Part shown: positions 51,178-64,000 of the stretch, piece by piece
How the letters are laid out: every line of letters starts with the position of its first letter
How positions within the stretch are numbered: position 1 is the first letter of the stretch
NCBI GenBank assembly: GCA_951406725.2
Contig: OX597837.1
Coordinates: forward strand, 39,184,001-39,248,000
DNA: 64,000 bases
Reading direction: 5' to 3'
From: Octopus vulgaris
Taxonomy: Eukaryota
The notes under the pieces: generated by a model
Database searches by the model: none
Told to the model about the DNA's origin: nothing
What the model saw: only the letters and a program-made list of their open reading frames with translations
Made by a program: the position numbers and the translations under genes

Positions 51178-51957
51178 ATTTCTTTACTACCCACAAGGGG
51201 CTAAACACAGAGAGGACAAACAAGGACAGACAAACGGATTAAGTCGATTATTTCGACCCCAGTACGTAACTGGTACTTATTTAATCGACCCCGAAAGGAT
51301 GAAAGGCAAAGTCGACCTCGGCGGAATTTGAACTCAGAACGTAACGGCAGACGAAATATATTTCTTTACTACCCACAAGGGGCTAAACACAGAGAGGACA
51401 AACAAAGACAGACAAACGGATTAAGTCGATTATATTGACCCCAGTACGTAACTGGTACTTATTTAATTGACCCCGAAAGGATGAAAGGCAAAATCGACCT
51501 CGGCGGAATTTGAACTCAGAACATAAAGACAGATGAAATACCTATTTCTTTACTACCCACAAGGGGCTAAACACAGAGAGGACAAACAAAGACAGACAAA
51601 CGGATTAAGTCAATTATATTGACCCCAGTACGTAACTGGTACTTATTTAATCGACCCCGAAAGGATGAAAGGCAAAGTCGACCTCGGCGGAATTTGAACT
51701 CAGAATGTAGTGGCAGACGAAATATCTATTTCTTTACTACCCACAAGGGGCTAAACACAGAGGGGAAAAACAAGGACAGATAAACGGATTAAGTCGATTA
51801 CATCGACCCCAGTACGTAACTGGTACTTATTTAATTGACCCCGAAAGGATGAAAGGCAAAGTCGACCTCGGCGGAATTTGAACTCAGAACGTAGCGGCAG
51901 ACGAAATACCGCTAAGCATTCCGCTCGGCGTGTTAACGATTCTGCCAGCTCGCCGCC
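51178..51957 (-). mobile_element. SINE family C tetramer (one head plus four about 183-bp bodies) within one TSD
   Basis: TSD TGT(C/T)TCTACACCT at 51165-51177 and 51958-51970; the internal junctions are at equivalent positions. Confidence 0.92.
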
Positions 51958-52524
51958 TGTTTCTACACCTGTCAACAGGTGTTCCAATAGATAAAAGTAT
52001 CAAATGCTCTCATCCACTATCTAATGTCTGAAATTATAGACAGGTTGGTAGAAGACAGCTGAATTGTGATTGATCTGTTAAAGGCTTGCTGTACCAGGAC
52101 TGACCTGAACCTAGGGTTGAAAAAAAAATGACACCACCGCTACCACCAACCGAAGTGTTTAGCGATGACCCGACAACAAACGCATTAACCCACTGCATTA
52201 ACCAATAACAAAAATATTTATTCTTCCCAAGACCCATCAGTGTTTAGCTGCCTGTTGGGTGGTGTGGGAGTGTTGGTGGTGGGGGGGAACTTGGAGAATT
52301 TGGATGGTGGTGGTGGTGGTGAGAGAATTTTGGATTGGTGGTGATACTGGTGGTGGGGGAACTTGGAGCAGTGGTGTTGATGGTGGCGGTGTCTGTCTGT
52401 TGCGTGCAATTAATTTTTCTAAATAAACCAATCATGGGAAGATTGTGTTTTTTTTCTATTAGTTTTTTGATATTTTTGGCATTTGTTATTGTGTGAAGGA
52501 GCAGGAATGGGGGTAGTGGTTTGG

Positions 52525-52677
52525 CTATATATATAAATATATATATATGTGTGTGTGTATATATATATATGTGTATATATATGTGTGTATGTATAAGCAT
52601 CTGTGTATATATGTGTGTATGTATAAGTGTCTATATATATATATATGTGTATATATATGTGTGTATGTATAAGTGTC

Positions 52678-52722
<45 letters not shown>

Positions 52723-53097
52723 ATGTATAAGTGTCTATATATATATATATGTATATATATATGTGTGTATGTATAAGTGTATATATATATATGTGTGTGT
52801 GTATGTATAAGTGTATATATATGTGTGTGTGTGTATAAGTGTATATATATATATATGTATATATATATATGTGTATGTATAAGTGTATATATATATATGT
52901 GTGTGTGTATGTATAAGTGTATATATATATATATATGTGTGTATGTATAAGTGTCTATATATATATGTGTGTATGTATAAGTGTCTATATATATATGTGT
53001 GTATGTATAAGTGTCTATATATATATGTGTGTGTGTGTATGTATAAGTGTCTATATATATGAGTGTATGAATGTTTATATATGTGTGTATGTGTAAA

Positions 53098-53144
<47 letters not shown>

Positions 53145-53145
53145 T
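52525..53145. repeat. Compound microsatellite with a GTATAAGTGTCTATA period
   Basis: Directly visible. Confidence 0.9.
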
Positions 53146-53866
53146 TATATGTGTGTGTGTAGGAGTGTCTATATGTAAGTTTGTGTGTATATATGCTCAT
53201 CTGCATATGAATGTATATATATATCTATCTATGTATGTATGTGTGTGTGTGTGTGCATGTATGGATGTATGTATGTGCTTAGGTATTTACAAATTATATA
53301 ACACTGCACTTTCTGTCACACGCTCATACAAAGCCATTTTTTCCCACACCAATACCACCACTAATGATATAATTATAATAATAATAATAATAATAAATTA
53401 TATAACAATAAATTCACCTTCACACCTCCACCCAACATACCTGGTACACTATTTTACTGTTGTTGTTTATGGTATGTTTGTTACAGTATGTATATAGTAG
53501 GGAGGAGGTTTGGATATATATACGTGTGTGTGTAGTTGTGTGTGTGTGTACATGTGTGTATGCAGTTATGTGTAATGTCTGCGTGTGTGTATGTGTGTGT
53601 ATATGTGGTTATTTATGTATGCATGTGTGTTGTGTGTGTGCATACACGTGTCACTGTGTGGGTGTATATGCTTGTGTGTAGTTGTGTGATTGTGTGTATT
53701 TGCATGTGTGTAGGTGTGTGTATATATATATATATATATATATGCATATGTGTATTCATGTGTCCATGCATATGTGTGTGTATATATGCATATCTGTTAT
53801 TTGAAGTATGTGTGCATATAGGTTTTGTTAGATATATGTATATATATCATCATTATCACAAAGATA

Positions 53867-53924
<58 letters not shown>

Positions 53925-54620
53925 GGACCTGGGATGAGGTGGTGAAGCACAACCTTTGAACATTAGGCCTCACCAAGGTAATGACTAGTAACTGAGACTT
54001 TTGGAAATCTGGTGTTTGAGAAGACCCAGCAAGCCAAGTGAGACCATACCCCGTGGCCTATGCCAGGGGTGTAACCAGCCCACTTATGCATACCTTTCCT
54101 TCATTGGACACTAAACTCTGCTTGCGAAGACCTGTTGAGGCAAGTGAAAATCGAAATCAAATTCGATGTCAGCACAGCATGACTGGCATCTTTGCTAGTG
54201 GAGCACTATCCGAGTGTGATCGTTGCCAGGGTTGCTAACTGGCTCCCGTATCGGTGGCATGTAAAAAGCACTATTCGAGCATGATCGTTACCATTGTTGG
54301 CTTACTGGCACTTATGCCGGTGGCATGTGAAAAAAAACATTCGAGCGAGGTCGTTGCCAGTGGCGCTGGACTGGCTCCTGTGCAGGTGTCACGTAAAAAA
54401 CACCTTTTGAGCGTGGCCGTTGCCAGTACCGCCTGACAGGCCCTCGTGCCGGTGGCACATAAAAGCACCCACTACACTTTCGGAGTGGTTGGCATTAGGA
54501 AGTGCATCCAGCTGTTAGAGACTCTGCCAGATTAGATTGGAGCCTGGTGCACCCTTATGGCTCACCAGCCCTCAATCAAACCGTCCAACCCATGGAAAGC
54601 GGATGTTAATCGATGATGAT
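53925..54620 (+). mobile_element. RTE LINE 3' end linking the ORF tail to the abundant 3'UTR repeat
   Basis: TWDEVVKHNL*TLGLTKVMTSN*DFW runs continuously into the GGCACGTAAAAAGCAC / GGAAGGGCATCCAGC / (GAT)n module. Another UTR copy lies at 54716-54972. Confidence 0.85.
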
Positions 54621-54679
54621 ATATAATCATCACGATATATATATCATCATCATCACAAAGATATATATATATATATATA

Positions 54680-54721
<42 letters not shown>

Positions 54722-55005
54722 CACATAAAAAACACCATCCGAGCGTGGCCGTCTGCCAGCCTTGTCTGGCACCTGTGTCGGTGGCACATAAAATCACCCA
54801 CTACACTCTCGGAGTGGTTGGCGTTAGGAAGGGCATCCAGCTGTAGAAACACTGCCAGATCAGACTGGAGCCTGGTGCAGCCTTCGGGCTTCCCAGACCC
54901 CAGTTGAACCGTCCAACCCATGCTAGCATGGAGAGCGGACGTTAAACGATGATGATGATGATGATGATGATGATATATATCATCATTATCATCAAGATAT
55001 ATGTA

Positions 55006-55060
<55 letters not shown>

Positions 55061-56589
55061 CTAAATCCTTTGTACGTGTAGGTGTGTTATAGGAGGAGCA
55101 GGCAGTGGAATGTGCTGTGCTAATGCTAACATAAAGTCCATTAAACCAACAACAAAAGGAGACATCTCAACTGGTTTCCTGAAACCTGTGTGTGTGCGTG
55201 TGTCTGCATGTAATCATGTCTATCTGTATATGCTGATATTTGTCTGTGTGGACGTGTGTATGTATGTAGGTGTGTGTATGTGTGTCTTTATGTCTCTGTT
55301 CATGTTTGTGTGTGTATGTATGTGTGTGTGTATGCATACATGTATATGTGCATGCATATTTGTGTATGCCTGTGTTTGTGTATAAATGGCTATTTGTATT
55401 CCCCTCTCTTCCCATCTCCCCCTCCCAGATCTCCCCCTCTCCCCTCCCCTCTTTTCCCATCTCCATTCTTCCTCCCCTATCTTCCTCTCTTCCCTCCTCC
55501 CTCCCCTCTCTTCCCTTCCCCCTCTCCCCCTCTCCTCCCATCTTCCCTATCCTCTTCCTCTCCGTTGTCCATCTTTCTCCTTCCCTCCTCTCTTGACCGT
55601 CCTCCACCCCTGGTTCGTCTTTTCCCTCCCTCCCCACCCTCCCTCTCATCTCCATCCTCTCCCTCAGCTCTCTTCCCTTCTTCCTCTCCTCCCCTCCCCT
55701 CTCATTCTCACACTCTCTTTCCCTCCTCTCCTTATCTTCTTTCATCCGCTCGTAGCCATGTAACAGATGTACATTTACTTTCACATTGTACAAATTGAAG
55801 AGCTTTACGAACTGTTGTCCCAGAAAAAGGAAAGTTTTAGTGCCATCTAAGACGAATTCACATTTAGACTGCACGGGAGTTTGAACCAGATGATATTTAG
55901 TTTATTGTTACCTCCTCTTCTTTGGTGTTTATTTACTTCAGTCATAGATTCTTGGGTTTAAACCTCACTCTTTTTTTCTCGAAACCACTTTTCCTATAAC
56001 CTTACCATGGTAACTTATTGCTTTGTCATCAGCGATCTTATCTGAAAATAATTATGTTGAGAATTTGTTTGCTTATGATATCAACAGAGTACAAACATTA
56101 TCAGTTAATATATTTGTTGATATTCATAACACCTTCATTACATGTTTGTATCAAAATCTAAATTAGCATTTAAAAGGTTAACAACTGACACTCTGTGACA
56201 TCGGCAAATGTTCCATTTGGTCTAATTAAGTGAAACCAAAGTGCAAGTGGCTGAGCGCACCACAGGCACGTGTACTCTTAACACAGTTCTCAAGGAGATT
56301 CGGCATGACACAGAATGTGTAAAGGCTGGTCCTTTGAATTATAGGGACAACTCGTTGCCAGCTGAGTGGACTTGGAGCAATGGGAAATAAAGTGTCTTGC
56401 TCAAGGACGCACTGTACTGCCAGGGATCAAACTCGCAACTTTATGATTGTGATCTGAATAGTCCAAACCTCCATTCCATGTGCCTTTAACCCTTTTGTTA
56501 CCCTTTTCTGTTGAAGATGCTCTGTGTTCCTTTCAATTAATTTTAAATATGACAAAGAAGTTAGTGAAATAATTTAGTTATCATTAAGC

Positions 56590-57445
56590 TCACTCACACA
56601 TGCACTCACACTTGCACTCACTCACACTTGCACTCACTCACACTTGCACTCACTTGCACTCACACAAGCACTCATGCATGCACTCACTCACACATGCACT
56701 CATGCATGCACTCACTCACACATGCACTCGCTCACACAAGCACTCACTCACACATGCACTCGCTCACACAAGCACTCATGCATGCACTCGCTCACACAAG
56801 CACTCACTCACACAAGCACTCACTCACACATGCACTCACTCACACTTGCACTCACTCACACTTGCACTCACTCACACTTGCACTCACTCACACTTGCACT
56901 CACTCACACATGCACTTACTCACACTTGCACCCACATGCACTCACTCACACTTGCACCCATATGCACTCACTCACACTTGCACCCATATGCACTCACTCA
57001 CACTTGCACCTACATGCACTCACTCACACTTGCACCTACATGCACTCACTCACACTTGCACCTACATGCACTCACTCACACTTGCACCTACATGCACTCA
57101 CTCACACATGCATGCATGCACACACATGCATGCATGCACACACATGCATGCTGTCACACATATGCACGCACTCACTCGCACACTCACTCACGCACTCACA
57201 CACTCACTAACACACCCACTCACTCACATGCACGCTCACACACGCATGCACTCTCACACATGCATGCACTCATGCATACACACATGCACTTACACATTCA
57301 CATACTCTCACATACACATGCACACTTACACACACAGGCACATTCACAGGCACTCACACAGGTGCACACTCATACACGGGCACACTCAAGTGCACTCACA
57401 ACACACATACATGCACTCACACACATACATAAATGCATATGCACA
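56590..57445. repeat. (CACTCACTCACACTTG / CATG)-type minisatellite
   Basis: Directly visible; it truncates a piggyBac-type MITE 1 starting at about 56490. Confidence 0.9.
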
Positions 57446-58610
57446 CAGTGTTTTACTGGTTCCAGTAAATGGACAAATTCATGTTGAGAAATCCAATGTA
57501 ATTTACTTGATACTCTGAGTTTTGCATAGTAAGGGCTCTTCAGGTGATAGTTTTAAAAACATGTTTATATGTGAGGAACTTAGAGGAGTAAATTAGAATA
57601 AAGTCCCTTAATGCTCTATATACACAAGGGCATATGGTCTATTGGTTAGGATGTTGTAGTCACATTCATCAGATTCTGGTTTTGTAAATTTGGAGGGAGT
57701 GAGATCTAATGTGCTGCACAAACATTTGATCATTATAAACAAATGATTTGTGAAGATTGTTCAAGAAATTGTGGAACCCTCATTTGTTGTCTGAGAGAGT
57801 TCACAATAGTGTATTTTATAAGCATGCATGTTAAGTATCATAAGAGCATGAAACTATTAGCTTTTTCACTTGTGTATTTAAATTGGTGTGTATTTAAATT
57901 TATATATATATATCATATATATATATATATATATATAAATTTTTGTTGATTCTATTTGTATTGGATCTTAAACTATACAAATATATATATATATAGGCGC
58001 AGGAGTGGTTGCTTACCAACCACATGGCTCCAGGTTCAGTCCCACTGCATGGCTCCTTGGGCAAGTGTCTTCTACTAAAGCTTTGGGCCGACCAAAGTCT
58101 TATGAGTGGATTTGCTAGATGGAAACTGAAAGAACCCCGTCGAATATATATATGTATGTATATGTTTGTGTGTCTGTGTTTGTCCCCCCAACATCGCTTG
58201 ACAACCGATGCTGGTGTGTTTGCGACCCGTAGCTTGGCAGTTCGGCATAAGTCCTGGGGTCGATTTGCTTGATTAAAGGCGGTGCCCCAGCATGGCCACT
58301 GTCAAATGACTTAAACAAATAGGAGTAAAATAGTATAAAAAAAAAGATTAGTGGAAATTCTCAGACACATTGAAGGAATCATTGTAATCTTTTCAAACAG
58401 ATTAAAGAAGCAAAAACAAGTGGAACCTTTCGTTTAAATGTCGTTAATCTTTTAAAATTGTTTTGCTTCTTGAAGTACAGTTTTTGTTTGTTTATGCTTC
58501 TTACATGAATCTATTGATTGTATATGTTATATAATGTATGTATATATTTTTGTGTGTGTGTGTATATATATATATTATATTACTATGTTATATAATAATC
58601 TATTTTTCAG

Positions 58611-58670
58611 GGTCGAGATGGCTCATTGGCTACACTAACTCTTATCTCTTTGAATATGTACAAGTTACCC
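58611..58670 (+). CDS. Candidate 60-nt internal exon of an unidentified gene
   Basis: Consensus acceptor TATTTTTCAG| and donor |GTAAGT, length 3n, unique sequence. Open in phase 0 (GRDGSLATLTLISLNMYKLP) and phase 1 (xSRWLIGYTNSYLFEYVQVT). Confidence 0.6.
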
Positions 58671-58749
58671 GTAAGTACAAAGTTTCATAGTAACCAACCT
58701 CCAGAAAAACATCATTATCATCATCTCTGTCATTATCATTTCTCTCTCT

Positions 58750-59123
58750 GGCACTCCGTTGGTTACGGCGACGGGGGTTCCAGTTGATCCGATCAACGGA
58801 ACAGCCTGCTGCTCGTGAAATTAACGTGCAAGTGGCTGAGCGCTCCACAGACACGTGTACCCCTTAACGTAGTTCTCGGGGAGATTCAGCGTGACACTGA
58901 GTGTGTGACAAGGCTGGCCTTTTGAAATACAGGTACAAGCGAAAGAGGAAGAAAAAGAGAGAGAAGGTTGTGGTGAAAGAGTACAGCAGGGTTTGCCACC
59001 ACCCCCTGCTGGAGCCTCGTGGAGCTTTTAGGTGTTTTTGCTCAATAAACACTCGCAACGCCCGGTCTGGGAATCGAAACTGCAATCCTATGACCACTCG
59101 TCCGCTACCTTAACCACTGAGCC
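58750..59123 (-). mobile_element. SINE family D
   Basis: Minus head TGGCTCAGTGGTTAAGG...GTTTCGATTCCC, then TTATTGAGCAAAAACACC, with 3' end ...GGAACCCCCGTCGCCGTAACCAACGGAGTGCC. Confidence 0.8.
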
Positions 59124-60068
59124 ATTATTGTCATCATTATTACCGTCTTCCTGCTATCCTACACTCATATTTCTCTATACACACACACACACTTTGTCAG
59201 TGGTGGTGTGTAGTAATCAAATGTCGTGGATATTTTGAAGGTTCAAGAATTATTTGTAGAAATTTTTTTTTGTAGAAAAGGGAAAGAGAATGGGTGTCAA
59301 AAACTGAGAAAAGCCCTAATAATTTCGTACATGTTCACAAGGTTTACACATTTAGGCAGAGAGTTAGTGTTTAATAAATGTTGTTCTTTGTTATTTCATT
59401 GGGAATACAAATTTGGGAGGATTTGAAACTCATCCATTTTCCAATCCAATATTTCTGGGCAGGAGGTTGGAGTAGTCCTTAGCCCCACCCCCACTCCAAT
59501 TCCAAAGGGTCCAGTCTGAAGCAACTGTCACTTCACCTTCTAGCTGAATTCCCAAACATGAGCACCAACCTAAGGGTGGACCATGAAGGTGATGGTTGAA
59601 TGATATCTGTGGTCTCGGTTCAGTCTCAGTTTGTCTTGGTTGAGAATCCAGCTGGAAAGTCTAATAGGGGTTGCCTTTCATAGAACCCTATGGAAAAAGT
59701 GCCTGAGTAGTCTTCTGTGAGCCTCCCAGGAACAGGGTGCAAATAATATGGATGAATGAATATATAATGGTATTTAGGCATCTGTTACTTGATACAATAG
59801 GGTATCCCTACCCCTAGGGATCCGTTGTGGTTCAGCATCTATGTTCATTTGGAACTTGTGTTGCAGGGCTCTGAATGACAATAAGGATGAAACCCAGCAA
59901 ATTGGCAGAATTGTTGGCATGTCGGTCTTTATGCTCAAATTCTACTGGGGTCAACTTTACCTTTTATCCCCTCGGACTCGAAAAATAAGTACCAGTTGAC
60001 CGCTGGGGTAGATGTAATCAACTTACCATCACTCCTGAAATTGCTGGCCTTTTACCAAAATTTGAAAC

Positions 60069-60104
<36 letters not shown>

Positions 60105-60520
60105 GGTGGCAAGCTGGTAGAATGGTTAGCCCGGTGGGTGAAATGCTTAGCGGCATTTCTTCCATCCTTACATTCTGAGTTCAAATTCCATTGAGTTCAA
60201 CTTTATCTTTAATCTTTTCATTGTCGAAGAAATAAGTACCAGTTACACACTGGGGTCAATGTAATTGACTTATCCTCTCCCCAACAATTCCGGGCTTTGT
60301 GTCTATAGTGGAAAGGATTATTATTATCATTATCATTATTATCATTATTATTATTATCATCATCTTTATTATTATTATTATTAAGGCAGTGAGCTGGCAG
60401 CATTATTTGCATGCTGGGCAAAATGCTTAGCGGTATTTCATCCATCTTTGCATTCCGAGTTCAAATTCCACTAAGGTCGACTTTACCTTTCATTCATTCG
60501 GGGTTGATGAAATAAATACC

Positions 60521-60752
60521 TATTTCTTTACTACCCACAAGGGGCTAAACACAGAGGGGACGAACAAGGACAGACAAATGGATTAAGTCGATTATATTGA
60601 CCCCAGTGCGTAACTGGTACTTATTTAATCGACCCCGAAAGGATGAAAGGCAAAGTCGACCTTGGCGGAATTTGAACTCAGAACGTAGCAGCAGACAAAA
60701 TACCGCCAAGCATTTCGCCCAGCGTGCTAACGACTCTGCCAGCTCGCCGCCC
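60521..60752 (-). mobile_element. SINE family C inserted into an opposite-strand SINE C copy
   Basis: 16-bp TSD TGATGAAATAAATACC at 60505-60520 and 60753-60768. Confidence 0.9.
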
Positions 60753-61089
60753 TGATGAAATAAATACCAGTTGAGAAATGGGATTGGTGTAACCGATTTC
60801 CCCATCCCCTCAAAAACTGCTGGCCTTGTCAAAATTCGAAACCGTCATAATTATTAAAGCTGTTTGTTTTCTTTTACATTTTCATATTATTGCTTAATTG
60901 CAGCTTTATTCTAATTAAGCAGGCCTTTGATCAAAAGCATTCCAGTTTTGACCATCCCTTAGAAATTTTTGTTTTTAATCATTATACATCCATTATTACT
61001 ACATGCTTTTAGATGACATATATTTAACTGAATCGTTACAGTATTTATTTTGAGATGCCCTGTGTTTCTTTCAATTATTTTAAGTATAA

Positions 61090-61510
61090 GCGCAGGAGTG
61101 GTTGTGTGGTAAGTAGCTTATTTCCAACTACATGGTTCCAGGTTCAGTCCCACTGCGTGGCACCTTGGGCAAGTGTCTTCTACTATAGCCTCAGGCCGAC
61201 CAAAGCCTTGTGAGTGGATTTGGTAGACAGAAAATGAAAGAATCCCATCATATATATATATATATATATATACATACATATATATGTGTGTGTGTGCATG
61301 TATGTTTGTGTCTGTGTTTGTCCCCATAGCATTGCTTGACAACCGATGCTGGTGTGTTTATGTCCCTGTCACTTAGCGGTTCGGCAAAAGAGACCGATAG
61401 AATAAGTACTGGGCTTACAAAGAATAAGTCCCGTGGTCGAGTTGCTCGACTAAAGTCGGTGCTCCAGCATGGCCGCAGTCAAATGACTGAAACAAGTAAG
61501 AGTAAAAAGG
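61090..61510 (+). mobile_element. SINE family A nested in piggyBac-type MITE 1 (about 61035-61676)
   Basis: MITE sequence resumes after the SINE with duplicated AGTATAA and ends AAAGGG-TTAA. Confidence 0.85.
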
Positions 61511-62074
61511 GAGTATAACAAAAAATTTAGTAAAATAACTCAGTTATCATTAAGCTAGTATTAGGAACATAAACTGTGACTAAGGTTTGGTGGAAGATTT
61601 TAATTCAGAACTTTTGAAAACAACACATTTGTGCTCAGAGCCAAAGCCGGTTTCGGTCGGGTTGGTAATGAAAGGGTTAAAAAAAAAAACTTACTGCTAT
61701 TTCTAGCTGGCTGAGAGGTCACTCAGAGGCTCTTTCCTTCATGTGTTGCAGTATGTATGTCAATTAAATTCTTGGTTTGAAATTCTATTCTCTCAAGTGG
61801 AATTCCTGGCATTTTTTATGCATCAGTGATTCCTTTGTGAGGTTTGGTTACATTTTAAATTTGGTGGTTTGAAGGAAGGGGTGTTGGTTGATGGGGCATT
61901 ATTACTTTACCTTAGACAGGTGGTTGCAATGGCATTGATAGTATTGTTAACTAAATTCCTTGTTATTTTCAAATCTAATTGAAACACAGGTAGTGTATTT
62001 AAGTAGAAATATGGTAACAAAAGTGTTAAAGTGATCTAAATGAAACCCTTCTATGAAAATTTCATGTTAGTTTA

Positions 62075-62370
62075 TAATAATAATAATAATAATAATAATT
62101 GTGTACAGTGCTCAGGTGCACTACAACTCATCTAAAGTGTATATATAATCAGGTGTAGTTTCGGCGGATTTCGGAAAGCATGAGGGCCTTAAAGGATGCA
62201 GTGTCATGGCAGTCAACAACTGACGCAGGCAGTTTATTCCATGCTTCAGCAACTCTGAGCGTGAAAAAATGTTTCCGAAAGTCGTGGGAGCTGTGTTGTT
62301 TTCTGACTTTGTAGGCATGTCCACGTGTGTTAGACACATGGAGATCAAAAAGGTGTTCAAAAAGGTGTTA
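62075..62370 (-). mobile_element. CR1-clade LINE 3' end
   Basis: ORF SNTRGHAYKVRKQHSSHDFRKHFFTLRVAEAWNKLPASVVDCHDTASFKALM, short 3'UTR and (ATT)n tail. Confidence 0.9.
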
Positions 62371-62425
62371 TGTTGCAGGCATCATCCTAATAACCAAATT
62401 ATTTTACTAAATTCTTTATTTTTAA

Positions 62426-63635
62426 CCCTTTCATTACTGTATTTATTTTGAGATGCTCTGTGTTTCTTTCAGTTATTTTAAATATAACAAAGAATTTAGT
62501 AAAATAACTTAGTTATCATTCAACTAGTGTTAGGAACATAAATTGTGACTAAGGTTTGGTGGAAGATTTTAATTTAAAACTTATGAAAACAAGATATTTA
62601 TACTAAAGAGCCAGAGCCGGTTTCAGCCGGGTTGGTAACGAAAGGGTTAAGAGAAGGTATTTAAGGAAGAAAGAATGATTTTATTGCTGCTGAGGTCATC
62701 TTCATCTTTCATATCTTCAACATCAATACTAATGGGACCTGTGGAAATTCCACAGAGTGAAAAAGATTAACCCTTTTGTTACCATATTTCTGTTGAGATG
62801 CTCTGGGTCTCTTTCAATTAATTTTAAATATAACAAAGAATTTAGTAAAATAACTTAGTTATTATTAAGCTAGTGTTAGGAACATAAATTGTGACTAAGG
62901 TTTGGTGGAAGATTTTAATTCAAAACTTATGAAAACAAGACATTTGTACTCAGAGCCAGTTTCAGCCGGGTTGGTAATGAAAGGGTTAAAATAAATTGAA
63001 AGAAAGAATGATTTTCTTGCTGCTAAGGTCATCTTCAACATCAATACTAATGGGACCTGTGGAAATTCCACAAAGCAAAAAAAGATTAACCCTTTTGTTA
63101 CCATATTTCTGTTGAGATGCTCTGGGTCTCTTTCAATTAATTTTACATATAAAAAAGATTTTAGTAAAATAACTTAGTTATCATTAAGCTAGTGTTAGGA
63201 ACATAAATTGTGACTAAGGTTTGGTGGAAGATTTTAATTCAAAACTTATGAAAACAAGACATTTGTACTCAGAGCCAGAACTGGTTTCAGCCAGGTTGGT
63301 AACGAAAGGGTTAAGAGAAGCTATTTAAGAAAGGAAGAATGATTTTCTTGCTGCTAAGGTCATCTTCAACATCAATACTAATGGGACCTGTGGAAATTCC
63401 ACAAAGCAAAAAAAGATTAACCCTTTTGTTACCATATTTCTGTTGAGATGCTCTGGGTCTCTTTCAATTAATTTTACATATAAAAAAGATTTTAGTAAAA
63501 TAACTTAGTTATCATTAAGCTAGTGTTAGGAACATAAATTGTGACTAAGGTTTGGTGGAAGATTTTAATTCAAAACTTATGAAAACAAGACATTTGTACT
63601 CAGAGCCAGTTTCAGCCGGGTTGGTAATGAAAGGG
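62426..63635. mobile_element. Tandem array of four piggyBac-type MITE 1 copies with about 105-125-bp linkers
   Basis: TTAA-CCCTTT...AAAGGG-TTAA units at 62426-62646, 62771-62985, 63090-63310 and 63421-63635. Confidence 0.92.
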
Positions 63636-63767
63636 TTAAAATAAATTGAAAGAAAGATAGTGTATTTTAAGAGAAATAGTTTTAAAAAGGTTTTTTAAAA
63701 AAATCTAACGCCTGTGGTAATGCGGCAATTGTGCTGGTTTGTTTCAGTAGGTTCTGTTAAACCTTAA

Positions 63768-64000
63768 AGGCGAGCTGGCAGAATCGTTAGCACGCCGGAC
63801 GAAAAGCTTAGCGGTATTTCGTCTGCCACTACGTTCTGAGTTCAAATTCTGCCGAGGTCGACTTTGCCTTTCATCCTTTCGGGGTCGATTAAATAAGTAC
63901 CAGTTATGCACTGGGGTCGATATAATCAACTTAATCCGTTTGTCTCTCCTTGTTTGTCCTCTCTGTGTTTAGCCCCTTGTGGGTAGTAAAGAAATAAGTA
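63768..64000 (+). mobile_element. Full-length SINE family C
   Basis: From the head GGCGAGCTGGCAGAATCGTTAG to the tail GTAGTAAAGAAATAAG. Confidence 0.9.

Overview
Eukaryotic, AT-rich DNA saturated with repeats and microsatellites. The repeat families look like those of an Octopus (coleoid cephalopod) genome; this is an inference from recalled SINE/LINE families, not a database search. No long protein-coding gene is present, and almost all ORFs in the track are translations of microsatellites or SINEs. The window reads as one or more very long introns or intergenic DNA. It contains three tRNA-headed SINE families (called A, C and D here), 5'-truncated LINE ends (RTE, CR1, R4/Dong), mariner remnants including a palindromic fold-back, TTAA piggyBac-type MITEs, 8-bp-TSD hAT MITEs, Helitron-like elements and several minisatellites. 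A few short candidate + strand exons exist, the best being 58611-58670. The most notable signal is a set of at least seven sequence-unrelated short elements that each carry a minimal type I hammerhead-ribozyme fold with a self-complementary stem III, several in inverted or tandem (Penelope/retrozyme-like) arrangements. A second signal is a SINE that appears to insert at AGGT(ATT)-like sites, including inside itself, and forms head-to-tail concatemers. Repeat boundaries were read by eye and are approximate unless TSDs are quoted.
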